Shown: positions 57,397 to 64,000 of the stretch, in pieces | Numbering within the stretch: position 1 is the first letter of the stretch | How the letters are laid out: the number at the start of each line of letters is the position of its first letter | Source: an uncultured Candidatus Saccharibacteria bacterium | GTDB lineage: Bacteria > Patescibacteriota > Minisyncoccia > UBA6257 > WO2-44-18 | Length of the DNA stretch: 64,000 nucleotides | Direction: 5' to 3' | Assembly: GCA_964503795.1 (NCBI GenBank) | Contig: CAZDBT010000001.1 | Span: 4,518-68,517, forward strand | Notes under the pieces: model-generated | The model's input: only the letters and a program-made list of their open reading frames with translations | The model's database searches: none | What the model was told of the DNA's origin: nothing | Made by a program: the position numbers and the translations under genes

Positions 57397-57912
57397 CTAA
57401 GCAGGGTCAATTAGACAGTGGAAGCCTCTGTCTAAGGCATCAAATATTGCTTCTCTCATAAGGGCGGCGCAATGCTCTCTGGCGCGAGGCAGGCCAGAGA
57501 GTCTCATCAGGTCTGCTTCTTTTAATGATAGGATCTCTTCGACTCTCTTATGTTCTACATATCCGGAAAACCAACTAGAGGCGGCGATCAGCCAGCTACA
57601 ACCTATTGAGACATGCTTCACGGCCTCAATGTAATAACAGGACCCAAACGCGAGGCAAAAGGAACAGTTAACGAATTCTACGTCAGAACTGCCATAGGCG
57701 GAGTTGGGAGCTTTTCCGGTGGCCGAACACTCCAAGCAGGGAAGCATCTCCCACTTGAAACTCAACGCCAAGAAATCGTTGTACAATTCCTTTTTGGCGA
57801 TCCCGGTCAGGATCCTCGCTTCTCTATCCGGAAAACTTCCCCAGTTACGAGGTTTCCGGTAATGCTCGAGAAGAAGATCATTGGCGTCCTGGGATTCATT
57901 CATGGCCAACAT
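57397..57912 (-). CDS. NifU/IscU-like Fe-S cluster scaffold domain protein (divergent, with insertions)
   Basis: 171 aa. LLEHYRKPRNWGSFPD matches the IscU N-terminus (DHYENPRNVGS). SIGCSWLIAASS matches YGCGSAIASSS, and LPRAREHCAALMREAIFDAL matches LPPVKIHCSILAEDAIKAAI. Confidence 0.55.
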   Translation of the reverse strand: MLAMNESQDANDLLLEHYRKPRNWGSFPDREARILTGIAKKELYNDFLALSFKWEMLPCLECSATGKAPNSAYGSSDVEFVNCSFCLAFGSCYYIEAVKHVSIGCSWLIAASSWFSGYVEHKRVEEILSLKEADLMRLSGLPRAREHCAALMREAIFDALDRGFHCLIDPA

Positions 57913-58219
57913 TTCTCAACTCGCTTCGGATCCTTTCCAAAAGCGCCGCGTAAATATTTTTTTCTATCCAAGCGGCATAAGTCGGGCATTGGGAATCCAG
58001 TGAAAGCGACCGCAAGGAATTCAGGATTCCGAGCGTGCCCTCCTGGAGTAGATCATCAGCCTCGATCCGAGTTTTATGTTCGGCCTGTAGATTGTCCGCT
58101 GTGTCCTTAACATAATTTTGGTAGAGACGGATCAACTCAACTTTCGCGTCACCGTCACCTTGAGCTGCCAAAGAATAAAGGGAGGGGATATCGCCCGGAG
58201 GAGTTTTCGTTTCGCTCAT
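57896..58219 (-). CDS. Sigma-70 region-2-like domain protein (no region 4 detected)
   Basis: Start at MSETKTPPGD (ATG 58219, AGGAAG SD). VELIRLYQNYVKDTADNL...EADDLLQEGTLGILNSL resembles sigma-70 regions 2.1-2.2. Only 107 aa. It overlaps the NifU-like gene by 17 nt. Confidence 0.35.
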   Translation of the reverse strand: MSETKTPPGDIPSLYSLAAQGDGDAKVELIRLYQNYVKDTADNLQAEHKTRIEADDLLQEGTLGILNSLRSLSLDSQCPTYAAWIEKNIYAALLERIRSELRNVGHE

Positions 58220-58449
58220 CACAGAACTTCCTAAATTAAAAAACTGACTACAGCATACTGCGGGAAATAGAAAAACGGAAGAGGTGATGTGCGCTAAGGG
58301 AATTTCGCTTCGCCGAACCACTATCGCCGCACCCCGACCCCCATCTTGGACACCTTCTGGTTTCCAAGTGCCTTCCAACACGGGGTACGGCTGGTTCGAT
58401 TCCTAGAACCTGTAATTTAAAATCACCCTTGTGGGTGATTTTAAATTAG

Positions 58450-58520
58450 TGCGCGCTAAGGGAATCGAACCCCTGTATATCGCGTGTAAGGCGATCGCTC
58501 TGCCATTAAGCTAAGCGCGC
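58450..58520 (-). tRNA. tRNA-Val (anticodon TAC)
   Basis: Manual fold of the reverse complement GCGCGCTTAGCTTAATGGCAGAGCGATCGCCTTACACGCGATATACAGGGGTTCGATTCCCTTAGCGCGCA. It has a 7-bp acceptor stem, D-arm GCTT/GAGC, anticodon stem ATCGC/GCGAT with loop CTTACAC, and T-loop TTCGATT. No encoded CCA. Confidence 0.85.
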
Positions 58521-58524
58521 TCTG

Positions 58525-58595
58525 TGCCCTCACTTGGAATCGAACCAAGGTACTTCGCTTAAGAGGCGAGTGCTTTACCACTAAGCTATGAGGGC
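58525..58595 (-). tRNA. tRNA-Lys (anticodon CTT)
   Basis: Reverse complement GCCCTCATAGCTTAGTGGTAAAGCACTCGCCTCTTAAGCGAAGTACCTTGGTTCGATTCCAAGTGAGGGCA. It has a 7-bp acceptor stem, anticodon loop CTCTTAA and T-loop TTCGATT. It lies 4 nt from tRNA-Val. Confidence 0.85.
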
Positions 58596-58666
58596 GGGTG
58601 TGGATAACTCTGGGATAATTCTAATCGCGATTTGACATTCTGTAAACTCTGACGGCTGATTTAAGC

Positions 58667-59821
58667 TTATTTCGCCAGCTTTTTCAGCTTATTGACCCGG
58701 TCGGTCCGCTCCCAGGGCAAGTCAACATCCGTACGGCCAAAATGACCATAAGCCGCGGTAGGGAGGTAGATCGGGCGCAGTAGATCGAGATCGCGAATGA
58801 TCGCCGCCGGACGAAAATCAAAAACCTCGCTAACAATATCGGCGATCCGATTGTCGGATAGCTTGCCTGTGCCGAAAGTGTTCACATTGAACGCCAGCGG
58901 CCGACTCATACCGATCGCGTAGGCAACTTTCACTTCGGCTTTCTTGGCCAGCCCGGCGGCAACAATATTTTTCGCCGCCCAACGCATCGCGTAGGCCGCG
59001 GAGCGATCCACCTTGCTCGGATCCTTCCCGGAAAAAGCTCCTCCACCGTGCTTGGCCATTCCGCCATAGGTATCAACGATTATTTTTCTCCCCGTGAGCC
59101 CCGTGTCACCGGCCGGACCACCGATCACGAACCTCCCGGTCGGATTCACGAAAATTTCTGTCTCCTTATCAATAAACTTTTTTGGAACAACCGGTTTGAT
59201 GACTTTTTCTATCAAGGCCTTCCGCAGCTGCTCTCCGGAAAAATCCGGATGATGCTGGGTGGAAATTAAAATATTTTTTATCCGATGCGGCGCGCCATCC
59301 CGATACTCAATGGTCACTTGGGTTTTTCCGTCCGGTCGGAGGTTGGGGAGTGTGCCGTCTTTTCTAACTTGAGAAAGTTTCCAGGCCAGTAAATGCGCAA
59401 GCGCGATCGGCAAAGGCATCAAAGTTTTGGTTTCATCCGACGCGTAGCCATACATCATTCCCTGGTCTCCCGCTCCTTGCTCCATCGGATCCTTCCGATC
59501 CACGCCCATCGCGATATCCGGCGACTGACGATTGAGCATCAACGTAACTTTTACGGTTTTATAGTCCAAACCTTTTTCCACACTATCGTAACCGATATTT
59601 TTTATGACCCGCCGAGCAACTTTTTCCGCATCTACTTTCCCTTTGGAAGTTATCTCGCCACCAATTACTAACTGATCATTGCAGGCGAAAGTCTCACAAG
59701 CCACCCGAGATTTTGGGTCCTGCTTCAAATAGGCGTCTAAAATAGCGTCGCTTATCTGATCACAGACCTTATCCGGATGCCCCTCGGTAACCGATTCTGA
59801 AGCCAGGTAATCGATCTTCAT
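58667..59821 (-). CDS. metK: S-adenosylmethionine synthetase
   Basis: 384 aa. [23 protein letters not shown] and [19 protein letters not shown] are canonical MetK motifs. Confidence 0.95.
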   Translation of the reverse strand: MKIDYLASESVTEGHPDKVCDQISDAILDAYLKQDPKSRVACETFACNDQLVIGGEITSKGKVDAEKVARRVIKNIGYDSVEKGLDYKTVKVTLMLNRQSPDIAMGVDRKDPMEQGAGDQGMMYGYASDETKTLMPLPIALAHLLAWKLSQVRKDGTLPNLRPDGKTQVTIEYRDGAPHRIKNILISTQHHPDFSGEQLRKALIEKVIKPVVPKKFIDKETEIFVNPTGRFVIGGPAGDTGLTGRKIIVDTYGGMAKHGGGAFSGKDPSKVDRSAAYAMRWAAKNIVAAGLAKKAEVKVAYAIGMSRPLAFNVNTFGTGKLSDNRIADIVSEVFDFRPAAIIRDLDLLRPIYLPTAAYGHFGRTDVDLPWERTDRVNKLKKLAK

Positions 59822-59904
59822 ACCAGAATTCTAAACCCCATAATCCAAGCTGGCAAACCATTGAAATTGTGTTCAAATAAATACTCTGCTAACATTACTA
59901 GCAA

Positions 59905-60381
59905 ATGACCAATTTCGCAGAGTTCGAAAAAGCCAATGTCCCGGAAGAGGCTGCGGACAAAGCAAAATCCGAGTCGGCGCCGGAAACTAAAGAAGGCGTA
60001 CAGGAACAAATTGCTAAAGAAAGCAAAAAGCTGGAGTTAAACGTCGCCCTGATGGACGCCGGGTTGACCGACCTCAATAAGCAGGCGGAAAAACAAACCA
60101 GCCCGGAAGCCAAGATGACGCGCGAGGAAAAGCTTAAAAAAATTCAGGAAAGCTATGAGGTTGAGAAGACTGGAATAAATGTCTTCCCAATCGTTGGAAT
60201 CGCAATGTCTGTGTTCAGCGGCGCCATGATGCTTTCCCAAGGAAGCCCCGAGGATCTGCCGGGGACTCTCTTAATGTCGGGCGCTATTACAGCGGCAACT
60301 GCGGGCATTTGGGCTTTTGCTAGATTGCATGAATTCTTGAAATTCAAGAAGGAAACCAAGGCTGTGGAGAAAGAAGGATAA
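59905..60381 (+). CDS. Hypothetical protein with charged N-terminal region and two C-terminal transmembrane helices
   Basis: 158 aa. A Lys/Glu-rich N-terminal half is followed by FPIVGIAMSVFSGAMML and LMSGAITAATAGIWAFA hydrophobic segments. Confidence 0.45.
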   Translation: MTNFAEFEKANVPEEAADKAKSESAPETKEGVQEQIAKESKKLELNVALMDAGLTDLNKQAEKQTSPEAKMTREEKLKKIQESYEVEKTGINVFPIVGIAMSVFSGAMMLSQGSPEDLPGTLLMSGAITAATAGIWAFARLHEFLKFKKETKAVEKEG

Positions 60382-60395
60382 AAATCAAAAATTAA

Positions 60396-60593
60396 ATGGA
60401 AAATAGACTAAACGAACTTGCGGAAAAAGCGAAAAATCAGACTCTCTCGCCAGAAGAGCAACAGGAGTTTTTGACGTTATTCAATCAGGAGATGGTAACT
60501 CTAGAAAAAGAGCAGCCGGAAAAATATTTGGAGATCCTCAAGGTTTTGAATAAAACCTTGGATAAAGTTAACGACACGCTCGCCGGTAGATAA
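60396..60593 (+). CDS. Small hypothetical helical protein
   Basis: 65 aa, followed by a strong terminator. No homology recognised. Confidence 0.35.
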   Translation: MENRLNELAEKAKNQTLSPEEQQEFLTLFNQEMVTLEKEQPEKYLEILKVLNKTLDKVNDTLAGR

Positions 60594-60626
60594 GGTTCGG
60601 CTGTTCGATTCCAAAGGCAAGAAATA

Positions 60627-60657
60627 CAAAACAGGGCAATTGCCCTGTTTTGTATTT
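60627..60657 (+). terminator. Rho-independent terminator (bidirectional)
   Basis: AAAACAGGGCAATTGCCCTGTTTT perfect palindromic stem followed by GTATTTG. It lies between the small plus-strand gene and the 3' end of tRNA-Arg. Confidence 0.6.
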
Positions 60658-60658
60658 G

Positions 60659-60730
60659 TGCCCCCGGAGGGAATCGAACCCCCATCTCTTGGTTCGAAGC
60701 CAAGTATTCTAACCATTGTACTACAGGGGC
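60659..60730 (-). tRNA. tRNA-Arg (anticodon TCG)
   Basis: Reverse complement GCCCCTGTAGTACAATGGTTAGAATACTTGGCTTCGAACCAAGAGATGGGGGTTCGATTCCCTCCGGGGGCA. It has anticodon stem CTTGG/CCAAG with loop CTTCGAA, and T-loop TTCGATT. The D-stem has one mismatch. Confidence 0.8.
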
Positions 60731-60900
60731 AAAGCTGTCTAAATCTCCTACATTATACCTTACTTTCCGTCTATTGACAAATTCTTGCGGCCTGCTATAA
60801 TGTGCCTAGAACTTCGTAATCGCTTCTACCTTATAGCTTGCCAATAGGCGGGCGGTAGGAGCACCAAACGGGGGCAACCCCATTTTTACAGGAGGTCGTC

Positions 60901-61797
60901 ATGTTCGATGTGAAAACGATGTTGACCGAAGAGGCCCAGAAATCCTGGACCGAGGGAAGATGGAAGGGCAAAATCACCATTCATGATTTTGTCCCGGCGA
61001 TGAAGTCGCTTGGTCGTCTCGCGACGACCGAAGACATCGACACCTACGTGGCATCGGCGAAGGCCGATGATCTCGACCAGCCGCTGACGCGGCACGATGT
61101 CCGGGAGCGGTTCAGAGGGGCGAAGAGCCTCGATGACTTTCCTGTGACTCGGGCGCTGCTCCGCTGGCTTCGCAGCCAGAAGGTCAACGGCCGGGAAGCG
61201 AACCTGGACTTCACCGTCTGGAAGGCAATGAAGACGCGGGCCAACAAGGAAGGTCGGCAGCTCGACCTCGCTTTGGGACAGGCGCTCTTCGCCACGATCA
61301 CGAAAGTGATCTCGGTGAAGGCGGCCGGTCCGGACACGACGGTCATCGACTACAAAGTCGGCGGCCGGTTCTCCTGCGCCTGGGACGGCTGCATCGGTCA
61401 GAGCATCCCCCAGATGCAGACGCTGACGGACCCGAACGGCCAGGTGCGGACCCATGAGAGCGGACCCCTCGCGGGCCAGGCTCTCCGGGTCGGCGACTTC
61501 CTGATCCGCCGGGGGAAGGACAACAGCTGGGAGATCCAGCCCCTGTGCCACGAGCACCGGAGACTGGCGGTCCAGGCCGGCAACACCACGTATCCCTTCG
61601 GGGACGCGATGGCGATCGTCGACTCTCTCAACGCCGCAGAGGCGGACGAGAAGGCGAGGGAGGCGAAACGTCTGGGCGATCTCGCGGCCATGAAGCAGCT
61701 GGCGGCGAGTTCTCCGGTGGCTGCCCAGCGGCAGCGCAACCAGGAGGTCCGCCAGACGGTCGCCGGAAACCGGATCAATCGTGATCGTCGCCGGTAG
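60901..61797 (+). CDS. GC-rich hypothetical protein with Cys/His cluster (possible HNH-like/zinc-binding motif), likely horizontally acquired
   Basis: 298 aa. Strong AGGAGG SD 7 nt upstream. Codon usage is markedly GC-rich (GAC/CGG/GCG/CTC) compared with the flanks. The motif is CAWDGC...H...C-HEH. A strong terminator follows. The antisense 335-aa ORF on the minus strand is R/L/P-rich, as expected for a GC artefact. Confidence 0.6.
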   Translation: MFDVKTMLTEEAQKSWTEGRWKGKITIHDFVPAMKSLGRLATTEDIDTYVASAKADDLDQPLTRHDVRERFRGAKSLDDFPVTRALLRWLRSQKVNGREANLDFTVWKAMKTRANKEGRQLDLALGQALFATITKVISVKAAGPDTTVIDYKVGGRFSCAWDGCIGQSIPQMQTLTDPNGQVRTHESGPLAGQALRVGDFLIRRGKDNSWEIQPLCHEHRRLAVQAGNTTYPFGDAMAIVDSLNAAEADEKAREAKRLGDLAAMKQLAASSPVAAQRQRNQEVRQTVAGNRINRDRRR

Positions 61798-61803
61798 CAC
61801 TAA

Positions 61804-61854
61804 CCCCCCTGCGGAGGAGAGAGTAGAATCTCTTCTCCCAGGGGTCTTTTTTTG
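61804..61854 (+). terminator. Strong rho-independent terminator
   Basis: CCCCTGCGGAGGAGAGA-gtagaa-TCTCTTCTCCCAGGGG stem followed by TCTTTTTTT. Confidence 0.7.
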
Positions 61855-61931
61855 AAAATTTGATTCTTGGCGCATGCAATGGGCATGTTTCAAGAAACAA
61901 GTTTTTTAAAATCTTTTTGAGGAGCAGAGCC

Positions 61932-62672
61932 GTGAACAAACAAGAAAGAAGGCAGGCGAAAGATCAGATCGTTGCTTTGCTGGCCGAAGCCACAAAGGAC
62001 TTCGAAGACATCTTCGAAGAGCAGCGCCGCAAGCTGGGCATGGCCTTCAGAACACTGAACATCGGGAACCATCATTCCAAGATGGTCTTCCGCAGTTTGG
62101 GCGATGGCGAGCTTGAAGAAGCGAAAAAGCATCTCGACGAATGTCTGGAGAAGTACAACGAACTGAAACAGGCGAACATTCCCAGCATCTTCTTGCGGGA
62201 ACTCGTCAACGATGCCGGCCAGGAGCTTTACGAAGCTGTTCTGGGTTTCGAACTTTACCCTTTTTTGATCGGAAAAAACGATGCTCTTAAGATCAGCCTC
62301 CCCAATGACATGGACTTTGACATCACCCCACAGGCTCTGCTGGCTGGGATGGGGGATGTGGCCAGCGAACTGGGAAAGCTGATCGAGCTCATCTTCTACT
62401 ACCAGGTGAAGCATGGCTCTTTGAAGATCAGCCGCAAGGAACTCTTCGAGCGCCGGATCCTCATCGCCGAAGCAATCCAGGTCTACATGGATCGGTACGC
62501 CAGCGCCTACCCTCTGGTGCTGAGCGCCTCCCGTCGTCCCGGTCAGGGCTTCAGCAACAAGAAGCGTGGCGTGGACATGGGCAAGTTCTTCGGAATCAAG
62601 GACTACAACAACCTGATCGAAAGCGAGGAAGTCGAAGCGGATGAAGAAGTCGATCCGGCTCGGATCGGATAA
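61932..62672 (+). CDS. Hypothetical protein (acidic C-terminus), second gene of the tRNA-Arg-adjacent islet
   Basis: Start chosen at the GTG at 61932, preceded by GAGGAG at 7 nt. The ORF-track start (ATG 61860) lies inside the upstream terminator T-run. No family recognised. Intermediate GC. Confidence 0.5.
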   Translation: MNKQERRQAKDQIVALLAEATKDFEDIFEEQRRKLGMAFRTLNIGNHHSKMVFRSLGDGELEEAKKHLDECLEKYNELKQANIPSIFLRELVNDAGQELYEAVLGFELYPFLIGKNDALKISLPNDMDFDITPQALLAGMGDVASELGKLIELIFYYQVKHGSLKISRKELFERRILIAEAIQVYMDRYASAYPLVLSASRRPGQGFSNKKRGVDMGKFFGIKDYNNLIESEEVEADEEVDPARIG

Positions 62673-62705
62673 CAAGCAACCCCGACGGGAAACCGTCGGG
62701 GTCTT

Positions 62706-63677
62706 TTATTTAGCAAACGGGTTCCTGGCTCCGTGAATTTCAAAATGCAGATGGCAGCCGGTCGGGCCGTGTACCATGCCGGTATTGCCGATCTTGGCGA
62801 TCACATCGCCCTGCAAAACATAATCACCGACCGAGACCGAATTCTTTTCGGTGTGCGCGTATTTAGTAACCACGCCGTTCGGATGTTCTATCTCCACGAA
62901 TCCGCCGTAGCCGTCGTTCCAGCTGCCCGGGTCGCCGATGTGCGCCACTAAGCCTTCGGCGGACGCGTAGATCGGAGTGCCGCAAGCATTCGCGATATCC
63001 ACCGCGTTGAAATTGTGCAGCTGGCCCCAGTTCCAGCCAGTGGTTGGCAGGATGAAATAACCGGGATAATTCGGCAGGTTGGCCAAAGAAGCGCTAGCCA
63101 AAGTTTGTTTCGGTTTCGCGCCGGGAATTACCAATGTGGAACCGACTTTCAAATTTCCGGATGCCTGCTTGTTGTATTGAACGATCTTTGCGGGCGGAAC
63201 CCCGTAAAATTCGGCCAGCGAGTCAGTTGTATCGCCATCTTCCACGTGGTGTAATACTCCGGAGACCGGCAAGATAACCAACTCTTGCCCCAGCCGAAGA
63301 TTATTGCCCAAGCTGCTGTTCGCCCAAAAAATCGTGTTCAGAGAAATGCCGAAGTTGGAGGCGATCTTGGAAAGCGTATCTCCTTTTTGAACCTTATAAG
63401 TCAGCAGGCCGTCGCGGTTCGACAGGATTGTGCTTAATGGATTACCGGCGTTCAACATTGAGTCGCCATCAACCACCACGAACCCGGCGGTCTCATCGGG
63501 GTTACTGGCCACATCAAAGCTATCTCCGAGGATCTGATCGGCCGTCACCGAATCCTGCTGCAGACCAACCGATTCCTGCAGATCGGCAAATGCCTTGGGA
63601 ATCACCGATCCCTCGCCGGCCACCCGGTTACTGCGAGCTAAAACCAAAAAATTCAGGCCAATGCCCATAAGAACCAA
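62706..63677 (-). CDS. LysM-domain M23-family metallopeptidase (peptidoglycan hydrolase)
   Basis: 323 aa. It has an N-terminal transmembrane anchor and two LysM repeats (YKVQKGDTLSKIASNFGISLNTIFWAN and HHVEDGDTTDSLAEFYGVPPAKIVQYN). The M23 core is HPNGVVTKYAHT...GNTGMVHGPTGCHLHFEI. Confidence 0.85.
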   Translation of the reverse strand: MVLMGIGLNFLVLARSNRVAGEGSVIPKAFADLQESVGLQQDSVTADQILGDSFDVASNPDETAGFVVVDGDSMLNAGNPLSTILSNRDGLLTYKVQKGDTLSKIASNFGISLNTIFWANSSLGNNLRLGQELVILPVSGVLHHVEDGDTTDSLAEFYGVPPAKIVQYNKQASGNLKVGSTLVIPGAKPKQTLASASLANLPNYPGYFILPTTGWNWGQLHNFNAVDIANACGTPIYASAEGLVAHIGDPGSWNDGYGGFVEIEHPNGVVTKYAHTEKNSVSVGDYVLQGDVIAKIGNTGMVHGPTGCHLHFEIHGARNPFAK

Positions 63678-63744
63678 AACAACCGGTATAACGGTTGTCA
63701 GCGGAAGCTTATTAAAAATTGTTCTTATCTTACCAATACTGATA

Positions 63745-63750
63745 TAATAT
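63745..63750 (+). promoter_or_regulatory. -10 box TATAAT immediately upstream of the helicase start (near-leaderless)
   Basis: gatATAATATcacgaATG. TATAAT ends 5 nt before the ATG at 63756. No SD. Confidence 0.3.
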
Positions 63751-63755
63751 CACGA

Positions 63756-64000
63756 ATGAGCTCGATTCTCAACAATCTAAATGACAGCCAAAAAGAGGCT
63801 GTTGAGCACGAAACTGGCCCGATCTTGATCGCTGCCGGAGCTGGCTCCGGCAAAACTAAAACCCTCACCGCCCGCCTGGCCCGCCTGATAGAAAAAGGCG
63901 CCAAACCGGAAAGCATTATCGCCATTACCTTTACCAACAAGGCCGCCAAAGAGATGGGCGACCGGGTAGTCAAGCAGCTGGCCGGAGCGCCGTCTCCGTT
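63756..64000 (+). CDS. UvrD/PcrA/Rep-family DNA helicase, N-terminal part (continues beyond window)
   Basis: Manual translation MSSILNNLNDSQKEAVEHETGPILIAAGAGSGKTKTLTARLARLIEKGAKPESIIAITFTNKAAKEMGDRV gives the helicase motifs Q, I (Walker A) and Ia. It is not in the ORF track because it is truncated. Confidence 0.85.
   Translation, partial: MSSILNNLNDSQKEAVEHETGPILIAAGAGSGKTKTLTARLARLIEKGAKPESIIAITFTNKAAKEMGDRVVKQLAGAPSP

Noticed and set aside
58393-58425. Plus-strand tRNA or tmRNA 3' end because of the GGTTCGATTCC T-loop-like sequence
   Set aside because: A T-stem cannot be formed (GCTGG against CCTAG), no acceptor stem exists, and a tmRNA would have to overlap the minus-strand tRNAs and metK.
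59822-59904. SAM riboswitch upstream of metK
   Set aside because: Only about 84 nt of leader are available, and none of the conserved SAM-I elements are visible.
60886-61893. 335-aa minus-strand ORF antisense to the GC-rich gene
   Set aside because: Its R/L/P/G-rich composition is typical of an open antisense frame in high-GC DNA. The plus-strand ORF has a perfect SD and terminator and a balanced composition.
63725-63973. 82-aa minus-strand ORF at the window end
   Set aside because: It is antisense to the clear UvrD/PcrA helicase N-terminus (Walker A AGAGSGKT) that starts at 63756 on the plus strand.

Overview
This window looks like a contig from a small-genome bacterium, possibly a Candidate Phyla Radiation/Patescibacteria-like organism. 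The reasons are many short overlapping genes, weak or absent Shine-Dalgarno (SD) sequences at some starts, very many glycosyltransferases, and a giant surface protein with a peptidoglycan-binding domain next to a ClpB/FtsK/RecA/MetK core. Background GC is roughly 45-50% by eye, and most genes are on the minus strand. No rRNA genes or CRISPR arrays were seen.

Layout:
(1) 1-32.5 kb is one long surface-glycan biosynthesis locus. It holds a pyruvyl transferase, a nonulosonic-acid module (NeuB-like synthase with a NeuA-like cytidylyltransferase), and an RfbH-like PMP-dependent dehydrase with His in the Schiff-base Lys position, next to two NAD-dependent sugar dehydratase/epimerase genes. It also holds gmd, several more epimerase/dehydratase genes, a Zn-ribbon sugar C-methyltransferase, two GT2 polyprenol-P-sugar synthase-like genes beside a YfhO-like membrane protein, a Wzx-like flippase, a TagF-like transferase, six GT4 genes and two SAM methyltransferases. 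glyA-folD are embedded in the middle.
(2) 31.7-36.3 kb has a secreted TPR protein and a 1252-aa signal peptide/coiled-coil/PG-binding, Thr/Ser/Gly-rich surface protein. Its upstream region is unusual.
(3) 36.7-42.6 kb has an HTH regulator, a GalU-like nucleotidyltransferase, a membrane protein, clpB and a cysteine desulfurase.
(4) 42.7-48.2 kb is a variable region. It has a YkuK-like RNase-H-fold protein, a DEDDh exonuclease and a GC-rich His-rich putative lipoprotein. It also has a phosphomannomutase gene split exactly at the domain I/II boundary by a ~2.5 kb insertion. The insertion carries hicB-hicA flanked by two GC-rich paralogous genes of unknown family. This is the strongest candidate for an undescribed module.
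(5) 48-60 kb is core: HAD hydrolase, P-loop kinase-like, ftsK, RodZ-like, recA, PLD-family, YvcK-like, an unknown gene, yraN, a 340-bp inverted-repeat-rich noncoding region, NifU-like, a sigma region-2-only protein, tRNA-Val, tRNA-Lys and metK.
(6) 60.6-62.7 kb has tRNA-Arg followed by two plus-strand genes. One is strikingly GC-rich with a strong SD and terminator. Then come a LysM-M23 peptidase and the 5' end of a UvrD/PcrA-like helicase.

A short AT-rich near-palindromic motif family (GGTCCTATAAGAC / GACYTATARGTC) recurs at three places. One copy is an in-frame tandem duplication inside a GT4 gene.
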